Assembly: GCA_002269645.1 (NCBI GenBank)
Contig: NIVC01002171.1
Location: 10,860 to 74,859, forward strand
Length of the DNA stretch: 64,000 nt
Direction of reading: 5' to 3'
DNA from: Macrostomum lignano
Taxonomy: Eukaryota
Shown: piece by piece, positions 22,674-33,579 of the stretch
Position numbering within the stretch: position 1 is the first letter of the stretch
Layout of the letters: the number at the start of each line of letters is the position of its first letter
Notes under the pieces: model-generated
What the model was told of the DNA's origin: nothing
The model's input: only the letters and a program-made list of their open reading frames with translations
The model's database searches: none
Program-made: the position numbers and the translations under genes

Positions 22674-24309
22674 GTAGCCACGGATATCCGCCTGTGGCTC
22701 ATGGACTACTTATCGGATGAGCTGCTGCCCCAGCTGCGCCGCCTCATCAACACCCTGGTGAGCCGGGCGGAGTCGGAGACCGGCGTGCTCATGCCGGGCT
22801 ACACCCACCTGCAGCGGGCCCAGCCGGTGCGCTGGTCCCATTGGCTGCTCAGCTACGCCTCCATGCTGCGCAGGGACTGCCAGAGACTGGCCGACTGCCG
22901 GGCCGCCCTGGCCGGGAATCCCTTCGGGGTGGACAGGCAGGCGTTGGCCGGTAGGGCGAGGGAATCGGAGCTGGGGAATCGGGGTTTGGGGAATTCGGGT
23001 GTGGGGGATTAAGGCGTGCGGAATTGGGAATAGGGAAATTGGGAATTGGGTATTGTCTGTAATTCTTAGATTCGTGAACAGGTATTCCCAGAATCGTGAG
23101 CAGGTATTCCTAGGATCGTGAACAGGTATTCTTAGAATCGAGAACAGGGTATTCCTGAAATCGTGAACTGGTATTCTTAGAATAGTGAATAGGTATTCTT
23201 GGAATCGTGAACAAGTATTCTTATAATCGTGAACAGGTATTCTTAGAATCGTTAGCAGGTATTCTCAGAATCGTCAACAGGTATTCTCAGAATCGTCAAC
23301 AGGTATTTTTAGAATCGTGAACAGGTATTCTTAGAATCAAATAAATAAAGCTTAAGATCAACATTTATGGCGAAAACCAACGCGTTTCAACCCACTAGGG
23401 CGGTCGTCAGGGTATATTTTATCACTGAACGAAACACTCAATATAAATAAGCAAACGATTGTACTATCTCAAGTGTCAAATTGAAAACGGGAGGGTAACC
23501 AATTTACGAAAAACATAAAAAACTGGGGGTTGGAGTTAAGCGAGAATAATGAGGGAGAGAGAGAGAGAGAGAGAGCAAACAGATGTAAAAAAACAAAATG
23601 TACGCGCAAAAAAAACTAGTCAAACTCAAAACACCCTAAGAAGGTGGCCCGCACCACTATGTAGCAACTGCATATTGAGACTGGGATTTTGAGCTTTGAT
23701 GTGCAGCGCTTCAAGAATGCTAAGCTTGAATTCAGAGTTAGCACGGTCGATAATTTTAAACAATTCAATCTGTTCTCTGTCACAGCAGCCCTTGCATTCC
23801 AGAAGGTGGTCCTGGATAGCAGATTTTTTCAGCCAATGCTCCCTAACTCTGGTGTGCAGGTGTCTTTTGGTTTTTCCCACGTAAGAGATATTCTGATCTT
23901 AAGAACAACAAAATTTATAGACGACACCTGCATCTAGAAAAAACTGGTCTTTCGTTCAGTGATAAAATATACCCTGACGACGGCCCTAGTGGGTTGAAAC
24001 GCGTTGGTTTTCGCCATAAATGTTGATCTTAAGCTTTATTTATTTGCTATTAATTAAGCGAGCAACTCTACCACAATTCTTAGAATCGTTAACAGGTATT
24101 AACCAGCCCCATCAAAAATCCCAGACGCCCTCGGCTTCACCTCTGGGGTCACCTGGAACAGTCTGGACGCCGTGGCGGACCGCGACTTCGCCTCGGAGTT
24201 CCAGTTCGCAGCCGCCATGCTTGGCAACCACCTGAGCCGCCTCGCCGAGGACCTGATCCTCTTCTGCAGCAAGGAGTTCGGCTTCGTCACGCTGTCGGAC
24301 GCGTACAGC

Positions 24310-24341
<32 letters not shown>

Positions 24342-25070
24342 CGCGGACAGTCTGGAGCTCATCCGCGGCAAAACCGGACGGCTGTGCGGCCACCTGGTGT
24401 CCCTGCTCATGGTGCAGAAGTCCCTGCCCAGCGCCTTCAACAAGGACCTGCAGGAGGACAAGGAGGGCTTGTTCGACTCAGCTGACACCGTGTCAGCCGT
24501 GGTTCGAATCGCCGACGGTGCACCCGGAGGCCTGCGCCGGCGCCCTCAGCTGCGACGTGCTGGCCACCGACCTGGCCTACTATTTGGTGCGCCGCGGGGT
24601 GCCGTTCAGGGAGGCCCACGCCGCCTCCGGGCGTTGCGTGGCGCTGGCCGAAGCCAAGGCGTGTCAGCTGCACCAGCTGACCTTTGAGGACTTCCGGACT
24701 GTCAGGTGAGCAGCTGACTGACTGACTGACTGACTGACTGACTGACTGACTGACTGACTGACTGACTGACTGACTGACTGACTGACTGACTGACTGACTG
24801 ACTGACTGACTGACTGACTGACTGACTGACTGACTGACTGACTGACTGACTGACTGACTGACTGACTGACTGACTGACTGACTGACTGACTGTCCCCAAT
24901 CGTCCCGCAGCGACACATTCGGCGAAGAAGTCACCCAGCTGTGGGACTTTGAGACAAGCGTTGAGCAGTACGGCGCCTTCGGCGGCACCGCCCTGGAGTC
25001 CGTTCGCCAGCAGGTGGCTGCCTTCAGGCGGTGGCTGGGGACGAGCAGAAGTGACGAACGAGATGATTGA
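22674..25070 (+). CDS. ASL: Argininosuccinate lyase, 3' exons 22674-22950, 24125-24705 and 24911-25070, with two apparent coding deletions
   Basis: [21 protein letters not shown], signature [42 protein letters not shown] junctions with consistent phase. Confidence 0.92.
23064..23338. repeat. 22-bp intronic minisatellite
   Basis: GAATCGTGAACAGGTATTCTTA repeated ~12 times; one more unit follows the Penelope insertion (24077-24100). Confidence 0.9.
23372..23418 (-). ncRNA. Second hammerhead motif (pLTR copy in the element's sense orientation) with a G-to-C change at the first stem II base
   Basis: Reverse complement of the 23966-24012 motif; the only difference is at 23402. Confidence 0.6.
23966..24012 (+). 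ncRNA. Minimal type I hammerhead ribozyme motif
   Basis: ACC-CTGACGA-C-GGCCC-TAGT-GGGTT-GAAA-CGCG-TT-GGT: conserved core, stem II, palindromic stem III, putative GUU cleavage after 24005, and stem I ACC/GGT. Confidence 0.72.
24714..24892. repeat. (TGAC)n microsatellite in an ASL intron
   Basis: Perfect tetranucleotide run. Confidence 0.97.
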
Positions 25071-25429
25071 AACAGAAACTTTCTGACAACTGCAATATTT
25101 AGCTGAATTAGGCAAATCACTGCAGGTATCATCGCGTTTCTGCTAGCTCTATGAGTACTAATAAAATTGCATGCAGTTCATCACGATTCACTGGCATGAT
25201 AAATGCGAATCTTCAGGCCAACTGGTATGCGGAATTCTGCTTTATTCTTAGGTTCAACCATTTTCTGCTGAAATTTTCTAATCATTTTTTATGGTGTGCG
25301 ATTCTTATTGCTGATTTCGAATGGTTATATGACCTTAATTGTTCACCTGATTTACAACTCCTAACCTTTATCTTCATTGAGACGAGAAGAGATTTTAAGA
25401 GTGAAAACATAAGATATGGATGAACCGCC

Positions 25430-25575
25430 TCACTGACTGACAGACCGAAAGACAGACAGGCAGACACTGGGACAGGCAGGGACAGGCAGGGCCAGGCAGA
25501 GACTGGGACAGGCAGACACTGGGACTGGCAGACACTGGGACTGGCAGACACTGCGACAGACAGACACAAACAGAA
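25430..25575. repeat. Degenerate GACAGGCA/GACTGG low-complexity repeat
   Basis: Repeated CAGACACTGGGACAGG-type units. Confidence 0.7.
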
Positions 25576-26823
25576 ACACAGCCAGCTTTGCAAAGACAAG
25601 CGATTGCCTGTCGTCTGTCACCATTGATTGCCTTATGAATCGCAGTGTTCGAGCTCGAATGTGCAATTCCAATCATCCATATTTACCATAGCGCAGCGAA
25701 TTCTGAATTGCTGATTTAATTTTGCTTAATAATCTCTTATTCTACACGCTGTTTACAGATCAGTTTGCCAGCAGTTGACTTGGATCGATGCCTCAGGCTC
25801 TCTTGAGTCAATCCTGCCCATTTCGCGGACTCCTTGGTCACACCAATACTGTACGCAAGCACACACAGGATGTACAGCGGCCCTGACTTTCTGATCGTCA
25901 GGCTTGTACACTCGGCGAATCGCACGACAATAATTGGGCGAGTTGCGTCGTTGGACGCAACTCCGACATTTTGCGGGCTGTTAGTTCGATTTCGGGCCAA
26001 AATTCATGAAATGCACTTTCGGTCCGACTTTGAACCGTTTAGGACATGATTTTCACCCTAGAAAGTCGGCTGGCTGTCTGAGACTTTTGTACCAATCTGT
26101 ACCAATTTGTACCAATGCCAAGTATAGAATGAGTATCAGAATAGGGTGCACTTTCGGATCATTTCAAGAATTTGGGGACAGGCCAATGGCGTAAGGGTGA
26201 CTAGTATCGTAGTATCGTAGCAAAGATAAGTTTGCAGAGAGCGCAACTGACAGTGCATGGTGGAATGACACCATTGCCAACAATCGGGATTGCCTCCAGA
26301 GGGACTGTCTGTCCTTAAATTTGAAAAATTAAATTCTCTGCAACACTAGCACAGCATGTTATGTTTCCCCCGCTATCCCATAACAGCAGCACCAAGACCA
26401 TTGCGGCTCAAGTCTATGCCCCACCAAAATAATGTTTTCGACAAACTTGCGATTTCTTAAATCTCTTGAATTTTTGCACCATTCTTTTAGTTGCTTTTCT
26501 TACAGCGACTTGAAAAATCTTAAATACCTCTACCTCAGTGCTTTTCACATTCTCCGTTGTTCGTTCTCCGGAATTCGTGCCGAAGTCGGTCCTACTGATA
26601 CAGTTGAATGTCGATGAAAATCGGAGAGAAAAGTTTGTGCATGATTCGTGCTATTTTTTCGTTTAAAATCGACCCGACGATACCGACCATAAAAAAGATG
26701 GTCTCGGCCTGATTTTCCGTCTCTTGTGTCGGTCAGTCAAAAAATTAAAGTCGGAGTTGCGCCCCAATGGAGCGTCTGTGAACTTTTGTCGCACAAGCCT
26801 CAACCTTATATGACCGCGCACAA

Positions 26824-27350
26824 GGGGGTGTTTCTCGAAACTCACGTAAATTATATGGTAAGTTAGATCGTAAGAAAGAAATTTACGTGTAGCGTAAGTT
26901 TGCTCGTAAGACGCTTTCTCAAAACTCACTTAGACTTTGCGTGGCTTACGCTGTTCGTAAGTCGTATCTGAAACGAAAAGTTGCATGTCTATGGTCATAA
27001 ATCTGTAAATATCTTTACTTTGTCTATCGTAAGTTGCTTTCGAGAAAGACCCACCTTCGATAAAGTTTAACTTGACTTGGCTTGACTAAAGCTTCACGTA
27101 CTATGCGATTAGTGCTTAAGTGCGTCTTACGACTGATACCGAGCAGTCGTAGGGTTAAGATCAACCTTACGAAAGACCATAGACATACGAACGTTTCGAG
27201 AAACAGTCTTTTGCGCAAAGTTACGAACTCGTAAAGTTGCGATCAATCTTACGCATAGCTAACTTGCGAGCCCTTCGAGCAACCCGTAAGTGTAGCTTAC
27301 CCAACTTACGTCTATGGTCGATCGTAAGTTGCTTTCGAGAAAGACACCCC
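26824..27350. mobile_element. MITE with GGGGTGT(CT)TTCTCGAAA termini and many internal CTTACG/CGTAAG motifs (PIF/Harbinger-like, tentative)
   Basis: Imperfect TIRs at 26825-26840 and 27333-27350. The flanks TGACCGCGCAC...GAATGGAAGC are contiguous in the duplicated copy at 31715-31736. Confidence 0.6.
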
Positions 27351-28376
27351 AGAATGGAAGCAAGGCTCGTGGTGTGAGAGCCTGACACGCCCGGTGGCTG
27401 CAGCAGCTCCTGCTCTGCTCTGCTGGTGGGCAGCAAAACTCGGTCCGGAAGATGCAGAGCTGGAAGCCCTGTAAAAAGTCCTCAATTTATTTCGGTTAAA
27501 AAATCACAGAAAACTTCAAGTCATGTTACACACGCTGGAGAAGAATTGTCATCAGCCTGATGAGCCGCCAGGATCACTCTCGGGCTCCGCTCTCCGCTCA
27601 GGCGGTAACAAGCGTATTTGATGCCTCTGGGCCTTTTGATGCGGCACAGCAGAGTTTGGAATATTTTATTGAACAAAATTGATCAGTAAGCCTGTGTTTC
27701 CTTCGTGCAACTGGGCATCCCTCGACTCCCAGTGTTGCATGCACCTGACTCTTCGGGACGTTTCATTAAAAAATAATTGCTTTGTTCTACATTCCGTTAA
27801 GCAACACCATTGCGCAGTGGGCGAATGCTGCTTACATTTGACTAACTGAGTCCCAAGCTTTTTAGCTGATAAAAAAATTTTTTTCTCATTTATTTCTTCC
27901 GAAAAATTTTAAAATCTTCAGAGCTTCAGTCTGTCCTATTCATGCATCGCCACTCTGCTCTATCATCTCTAACTCACGAACTGAGCGCTGCAGTAGAATT
28001 AAATTCATTTATTGATGCAAACTGACGGTGGGCCTTGTGGCTTCGACAACACCTGCGCAACCGATAATAGATCTCGACTAAAGCTCATGCATCTGTGAGC
28101 AGCTGCTGCAAGCTTGATGTTGCAGTGAAAAAGCAATTTGAGGCTCCGAATGATCTCACAGCTCACTGATTCTGAATAATCACAGAGTTAATGTATGGAG
28201 CTGATGGATTTCAATCCGACTAATGCATCATCTGACAGAGCTCTGTTTACCGATATGCAAGCCGCTGCCTGCTGAGAGTCTCCATGGCAACGCATCAATA
28301 AGGCTGCTGTTATTTAGCCTCTCTCTCGCACAGAGATTCGGCAATCTTCTGCCAAACTGACAAACCCAGCCTGGCC

Positions 28377-29204
28377 ATGCCTCTCTGCCGGATCCTCTGC
28401 GCTGCTCCGATCCTGAGCTGCCTGATCTGCGCCGCTCTCTGCCGGGAGTTCCAGATCTCGGACCTCGGCTGCTTCGTTGACGGCACGAATGGCGTGAGAG
28501 ACGTCGGTGGCATGAAGAACATCGGCCTCACACGGATCGGCAGCTCCGAGGTATCTCAGATATACGATTCTATCAACTGCGGTCAGATGACTCGCGAGGT
28601 GTGCAGCAGCGCCTGCGCTCTGGGCGGCTTCCAGTTCGCGGCTCTGCAGGCCGCGTACTGGTGCCACTGCGGCAACTCCTACGGGTCGCAGGGCGCTGCT
28701 CCTTACTGGGAGTGCAGCGATACCTGCAGTGGAAACTGGGGCCAGAACTGCGGAGGTATGTGGCGAAACCGGGTGCTCCGGCTGAGCTACACCAACGGTG
28801 AGTTGCTGCTGCTGGTGGCCACTTGTTTAATTTTTGGTCTTCGTATGTTGCTGCATTGGATTTTGGCGACAGACAAACAAACTTTTAAGCAGACAATCAG
28901 ATGCCTTTCAGTGTGGCTCAACTCAACTCAACTTCAAATTATTTCATTGCAAATCGAAGGTAATGACTTCTTTGTTCGCGGCAACCGGAATTTCGTCGAA
29001 CTCAACAACCCTGATGCGCCGAACTTTACGACTGTGAGCGCTCCGAGTCGGATCCAGTGCGTGTCTCTGTGCTCCAGTAAAAGTTCCGGTTGCCAGGCGG
29101 TGATCTTCAGCCAGCAGCAGCGCCTGTGCCACCTGCTGGAGTATGCTGCGGTCCCGGCCGCCTTCAGCAGCGAAAGCAGCGGCGACTTCTTTGTCCGTGG
29201 CTGA
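28377..29204 (+). CDS. Secreted WSC-domain + PAN/Apple-like protein, copy 1 (probable intron 28798-28959)
   Basis: Signal-peptide-like N-terminus, WSC Cys pattern (GCFVD...CSSAC...YWCHCGN...CSGN..QNCGG), C-terminal CVSLC...CQAVIF...CHL, and GTGAGT donor / AAG acceptor. Confidence 0.82.
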   Translation: MPLCRILCAAPILSCLICAALCREFQISDLGCFVDGTNGVRDVGGMKNIGLTRIGSSEVSQIYDSINCGQMTREVCSSACALGGFQFAALQAAYWCHCGNSYGSQGAAPYWECSDTCSGNWGQNCGGMWRNRVLRLSYTNGELLLLVATCLIFGLRMLLHWILATDKQTFKQTIRCLSVWLNSTQLQIISLQIEGNDFFVRGNRNFVELNNPDAPNFTTVSAPSRIQCVSLCSSKSSGCQAVIFSQQQRLCHLLEYAAVPAAFSSESSGDFFVRG

Positions 29205-30217
29205 GTGCGAATGAAGCGGATGCTGGTGCAGCTGAGCAGAGCAGACGAGCTGTAAGAACCGAAATTTAGAGGCAAATCAAAACAAACAGTGTCAACTAGC
29301 AAGCATACCTAAGCCTACTCAAAGACTTTAAAGTACTCAAAAGTACTCAAAGTACTAACAGCTGTAGACGTCTGCGTCTGAAATCAACTGGCCGAAATTG
29401 AACGCAAACCTATTTTTGCTTCTCATCCGAAAATGCTAAACCTTTTTTACTTTTACCAAAATGTTTCAATGTACTTTCCTTTATAATCTTTGCGAATGCA
29501 CTTCTGTGTGTTAGGCATTCGATTTCTGCTTTTGTTCTGTTAATTGTTGATTAGAACAGAGTAGTTTTGCGTGCAATCGGATACTTTTTGTCAGGATTCA
29601 AAACCAGAGAAATTGATTGGCGTGTTATAGTTATTTATTGCCTTTGGTTCCCTCTCAAACAGCAGCTTTGTAATCTTTTGAAGACTCAACTGTCCTGCTA
29701 CTCGGATACAAGCGGCTGGCCGCCGAATTCTGCACACCTTCAGTTTTTTGCAAAGGACACAGGATTTTACATTTCTTTTTTGAAGCCCGAAACTTACGAG
29801 TACTCACCTTTCAATGCACTTTTTGATTCAATTTAATTTAGTGGTTCGTACTGGTGAAATTTATTTAGTCAAGACAGAATTGCGAACTTATTATTTGAAG
29901 TACTTTTTGTATCAATATAATTCCTCAGTTCATTGCAATGAAAGTTTTTAGTCATTTGCGGACTTCCTCCTATTGTTTTTCTGACACTGAGAGTTGATAT
30001 TTTAACATAATCGCTAATCATCAATCACTAAACTACCAGGTAATTCTACTCCTGCAAGCTTTGCAAGCGCTACTAACTACAGTAGCTTCACACAGTTATT
30101 AGAAGAAAAATTCTGTAAATCGATAAGGACAGCGAGGACAAAAGAGCTGAGGCTGGGGTGCCGCATGCAACGTGGCGATGAAGGTAACAGAAGTACTCGA
30201 CAGTGAGTCATGAAATG

Positions 30218-30413
30218 GAGCAGCCGTTCGCCAGAGCAGCCGTTCGCTAGAGCAGCCGTTCGCCAGAGCAGCCGTTCGCCAGAGCAGCCGTTCGCTAGAG
30301 CAGCCGTTCGCCAGAGCAGCCGTTCGCTAGAGCAGCCGTTCGCCAGAGCAGCCGTTCGCTAGAGCAGCCGTTCGCTAGAGTAGCCGTTCGATAGAGCAGC
30401 CGTTCGCTAGAGT
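30218..30413. repeat. 16-bp minisatellite GAGCAGCCGTTCGC(C/T)A
   Basis: ~12 tandem copies. Confidence 0.93.
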
Positions 30414-30491
30414 AGCGAGGGCCAACTTACTCCAGCCAGGATTGGGAACTCATTTAGTCAAATGTAAGAAACAGTCCACCACTGCGCAATG

Positions 30492-31143
<652 letters not shown>

Positions 31144-32751
31144 TAAAAATAGCAAAAATGTCAGAATAGAATATATATATTAACATAGAATACGCATCAT
31201 AAAGTTCGACTTAATCAGCAACGAGAACCTGCAGCGGACCAACCCAAAGCCCAGCAGGCCAAAGCAGCCATCCAGCTTCGTCGGCCCAATCGATACGGAA
31301 GAGCGGGAGCTTCAGCCACATCGGCTGCATTTGGCGCGGCTGCAAGTTCCGACATGTCTGCTCCTTCTGCTACGAGTCCACCAGCGCCAGATCTGCTCGT
31401 CAAAAACTAAATTGTTGCTGACTGAGGCTTTCAACTCGCAGCGCAGCTCGGCTGGCTGACGATAAAGTCAAACTCCCACCACTCTCCAACTGGCCCTTTT
31501 CAATGCCCCTCGAGTACATCGCCTTTTCTACTGACCTCGCTAAAGCTACTTGGAAAGATTAACTGACTGCTGAATAGCATCCGCTACGACTTCCGACTCC
31601 GCAACCTGATATGCTGGACACAGCTGCAGCAACGTCGGAATTTCATAACTATTCCTCAGCGAACACCCAACGTAAAGCTGGTTGAGTATCAGGTGCGGCA
31701 GCAGTTGCTTTATGTGACCGCGCACGGAATGGAAGCAGGGCTCGTGGTGTGAGAGCCTGACACGCCCGGTGGCTGCAGCAGCTCCTGCTCTGCTCTGCTG
31801 GTGGGCAGCAAAACTCGGTCCGGAAGATGCAGAGCTGGAAGCCCTGTAAAAAGTCCTCAATTTATTTCGGTTAAAAAATCACAGAAAACTTCAAGTCATG
31901 TTACACACGCTGGAGAAGAATTGTCATCAGCCTGATGAGCCGCCAGGATCACTCTCGGGCTCCGCTCTCCGCTCAGGCGGTAACAAGCGTATTTGATGCC
32001 TCTGGGCCTTTTGATGCGGCACAGCAGAGTTTGGAATATTTTATTGAACAAAATTGATCAGTAAGCCTGTGTTTCCTTCGTGCAACTGGGCATCCCTCGA
32101 CTCCCAGTGTTGCATGCACCTGACTCTTCGGGACGTTTCATTAAAAAATAATTGCTTTGTTCTACATTCCGTTAAGCAACACCATTGCGCAGTGGGCGAA
32201 TGCTGCTTACATTTGACTAACTGAGTCCCAAGCTTTTTAGCTGATAAAAAAATTTTTTTCTCATTTATTTCTTCCGAAAAATTTTAAAATCTTCAGAGCT
32301 TCAGTCTGTCCTATTCATGCATCGCCACTCTGCTCTATCATCTCTAACTCACGAACTGAGCGCTGCAGTAGAATTAAATTCATTTATTGATGCAAACTGA
32401 CGGTGGGCCTTGTGGCTTCGACAACACCTGCGCAACCGATAATAGATCTCGACTAAAGCTCATGCATCTGTGAGCAGCTGCTGCAAGCTTGATGTTGCAG
32501 TGAAAAAGCAATTTGAGGCTCCGAATGATCTCACAGCTCACTGATTCTGAATAATCACAGAGTTAATGTATGGAGCTGATGGATTTCAATCCGACTAATG
32601 CATCATCTGACAGAGCTCTGTTTACCGATATGCAAGCCGCTGCCTGCTGAGAGTCTCCATGGCAACGCATCAATAAGGCTGCTGTTATTTAGCCTCTCTC
32701 TCGCACAGAGATTCGGCAATCTTCTGCCAAACTGACAAACCCAGCCTGGCC

Positions 32752-33579
32752 ATGCCTCTCTGCCGGATCCTCTGCGCTGCTCCGATCCTGAGCTGCCTGA
32801 TCTGCGCCGCTCTCTGCCGGGAGTTCCAGATCTCGGACCTCGGCTGCTTCGTTGACGGCACGAATGGCGTGAGAGACGTCGGTGGCATGAAGAACATCGG
32901 CCTCACACGGATCGGCAGCTCCGAGGTATCTCAGATATACGATTCTATCAACTGCGGTCAGATGACTCGCGAGGTGTGCAGCAGCGCCTGCGCTCTGGGC
33001 GGCTTCCAGTTCGCGGCTCTGCAGGCCGCGTACTGGTGCCACTGCGGCAACTCCTACGGGTCGCAGGGCGCTGCTCCTTACTGGGAGTGCAGCGATACCT
33101 GCAGTGGAAACTGGGGCCAGAACTGCGGAGGTATGTGGCGAAACCGGGTGCTCCGGCTGAGCTACACCAACGGTGAGTTGCTGCTGCTGGTGGCCACTTG
33201 TTTAATTTTTGGTCTTCGTATGTTGCTGCATTGGATTTTGGCGACAGACAAACAAACTTTTAAGCAGACAATCAGATGCCTTTCAGTGTGGCTCAACTCA
33301 ACTCAACTTCAAATTATTTCATTGCAAATCGAAGGTAATGACTTCTTTGTTCGCGGCAACCGGAATTTCGTCGAACTCAACAACCCTGATGCGCCGAACT
33401 TTACGACTGTGAGCGCTCCGAGTCGGATCCAGTGCGTGTCTCTGTGCTCCAGTAAAAGTTCCGGTTGCCAGGCGGTGATCTTCAGCCAGCAGCAGCGCCT
33501 GTGCCACCTGCTGGAGTATGCTGCGGTCCCGGCCGCCTTCAGCAGCGAAAGCAGCGGCGACTTCTTTGTCCGTGGCTGA
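32752..33579 (+). CDS. Secreted WSC + PAN/Apple-like protein, copy 2
   Basis: Translation identical to copy 1. Confidence 0.82.
   Translation: MPLCRILCAAPILSCLICAALCREFQISDLGCFVDGTNGVRDVGGMKNIGLTRIGSSEVSQIYDSINCGQMTREVCSSACALGGFQFAALQAAYWCHCGNSYGSQGAAPYWECSDTCSGNWGQNCGGMWRNRVLRLSYTNGELLLLVATCLIFGLRMLLHWILATDKQTFKQTIRCLSVWLNSTQLQIISLQIEGNDFFVRGNRNFVELNNPDAPNFTTVSAPSRIQCVSLCSSKSSGCQAVIFSQQQRLCHLLEYAAVPAAFSSESSGDFFVRG

Larger units (their letters stand above)
23339..24076 (-). mobile_element. 5'-truncated Penelope-like element (GIY-YIG C-terminus) with an inverted pseudo-LTR
   Basis: ORF 23626-23880 [16 protein letters not shown]...[14 protein letters not shown], flanked by a 96-bp inverted repeat (23339-23434 / 23950-24045, 1 mismatch). 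Confidence 0.88.

Noticed and set aside
24437-25132. ORFs with SQSV repeats
   Set aside because: Antisense read-through of the intronic (TGAC)n run.
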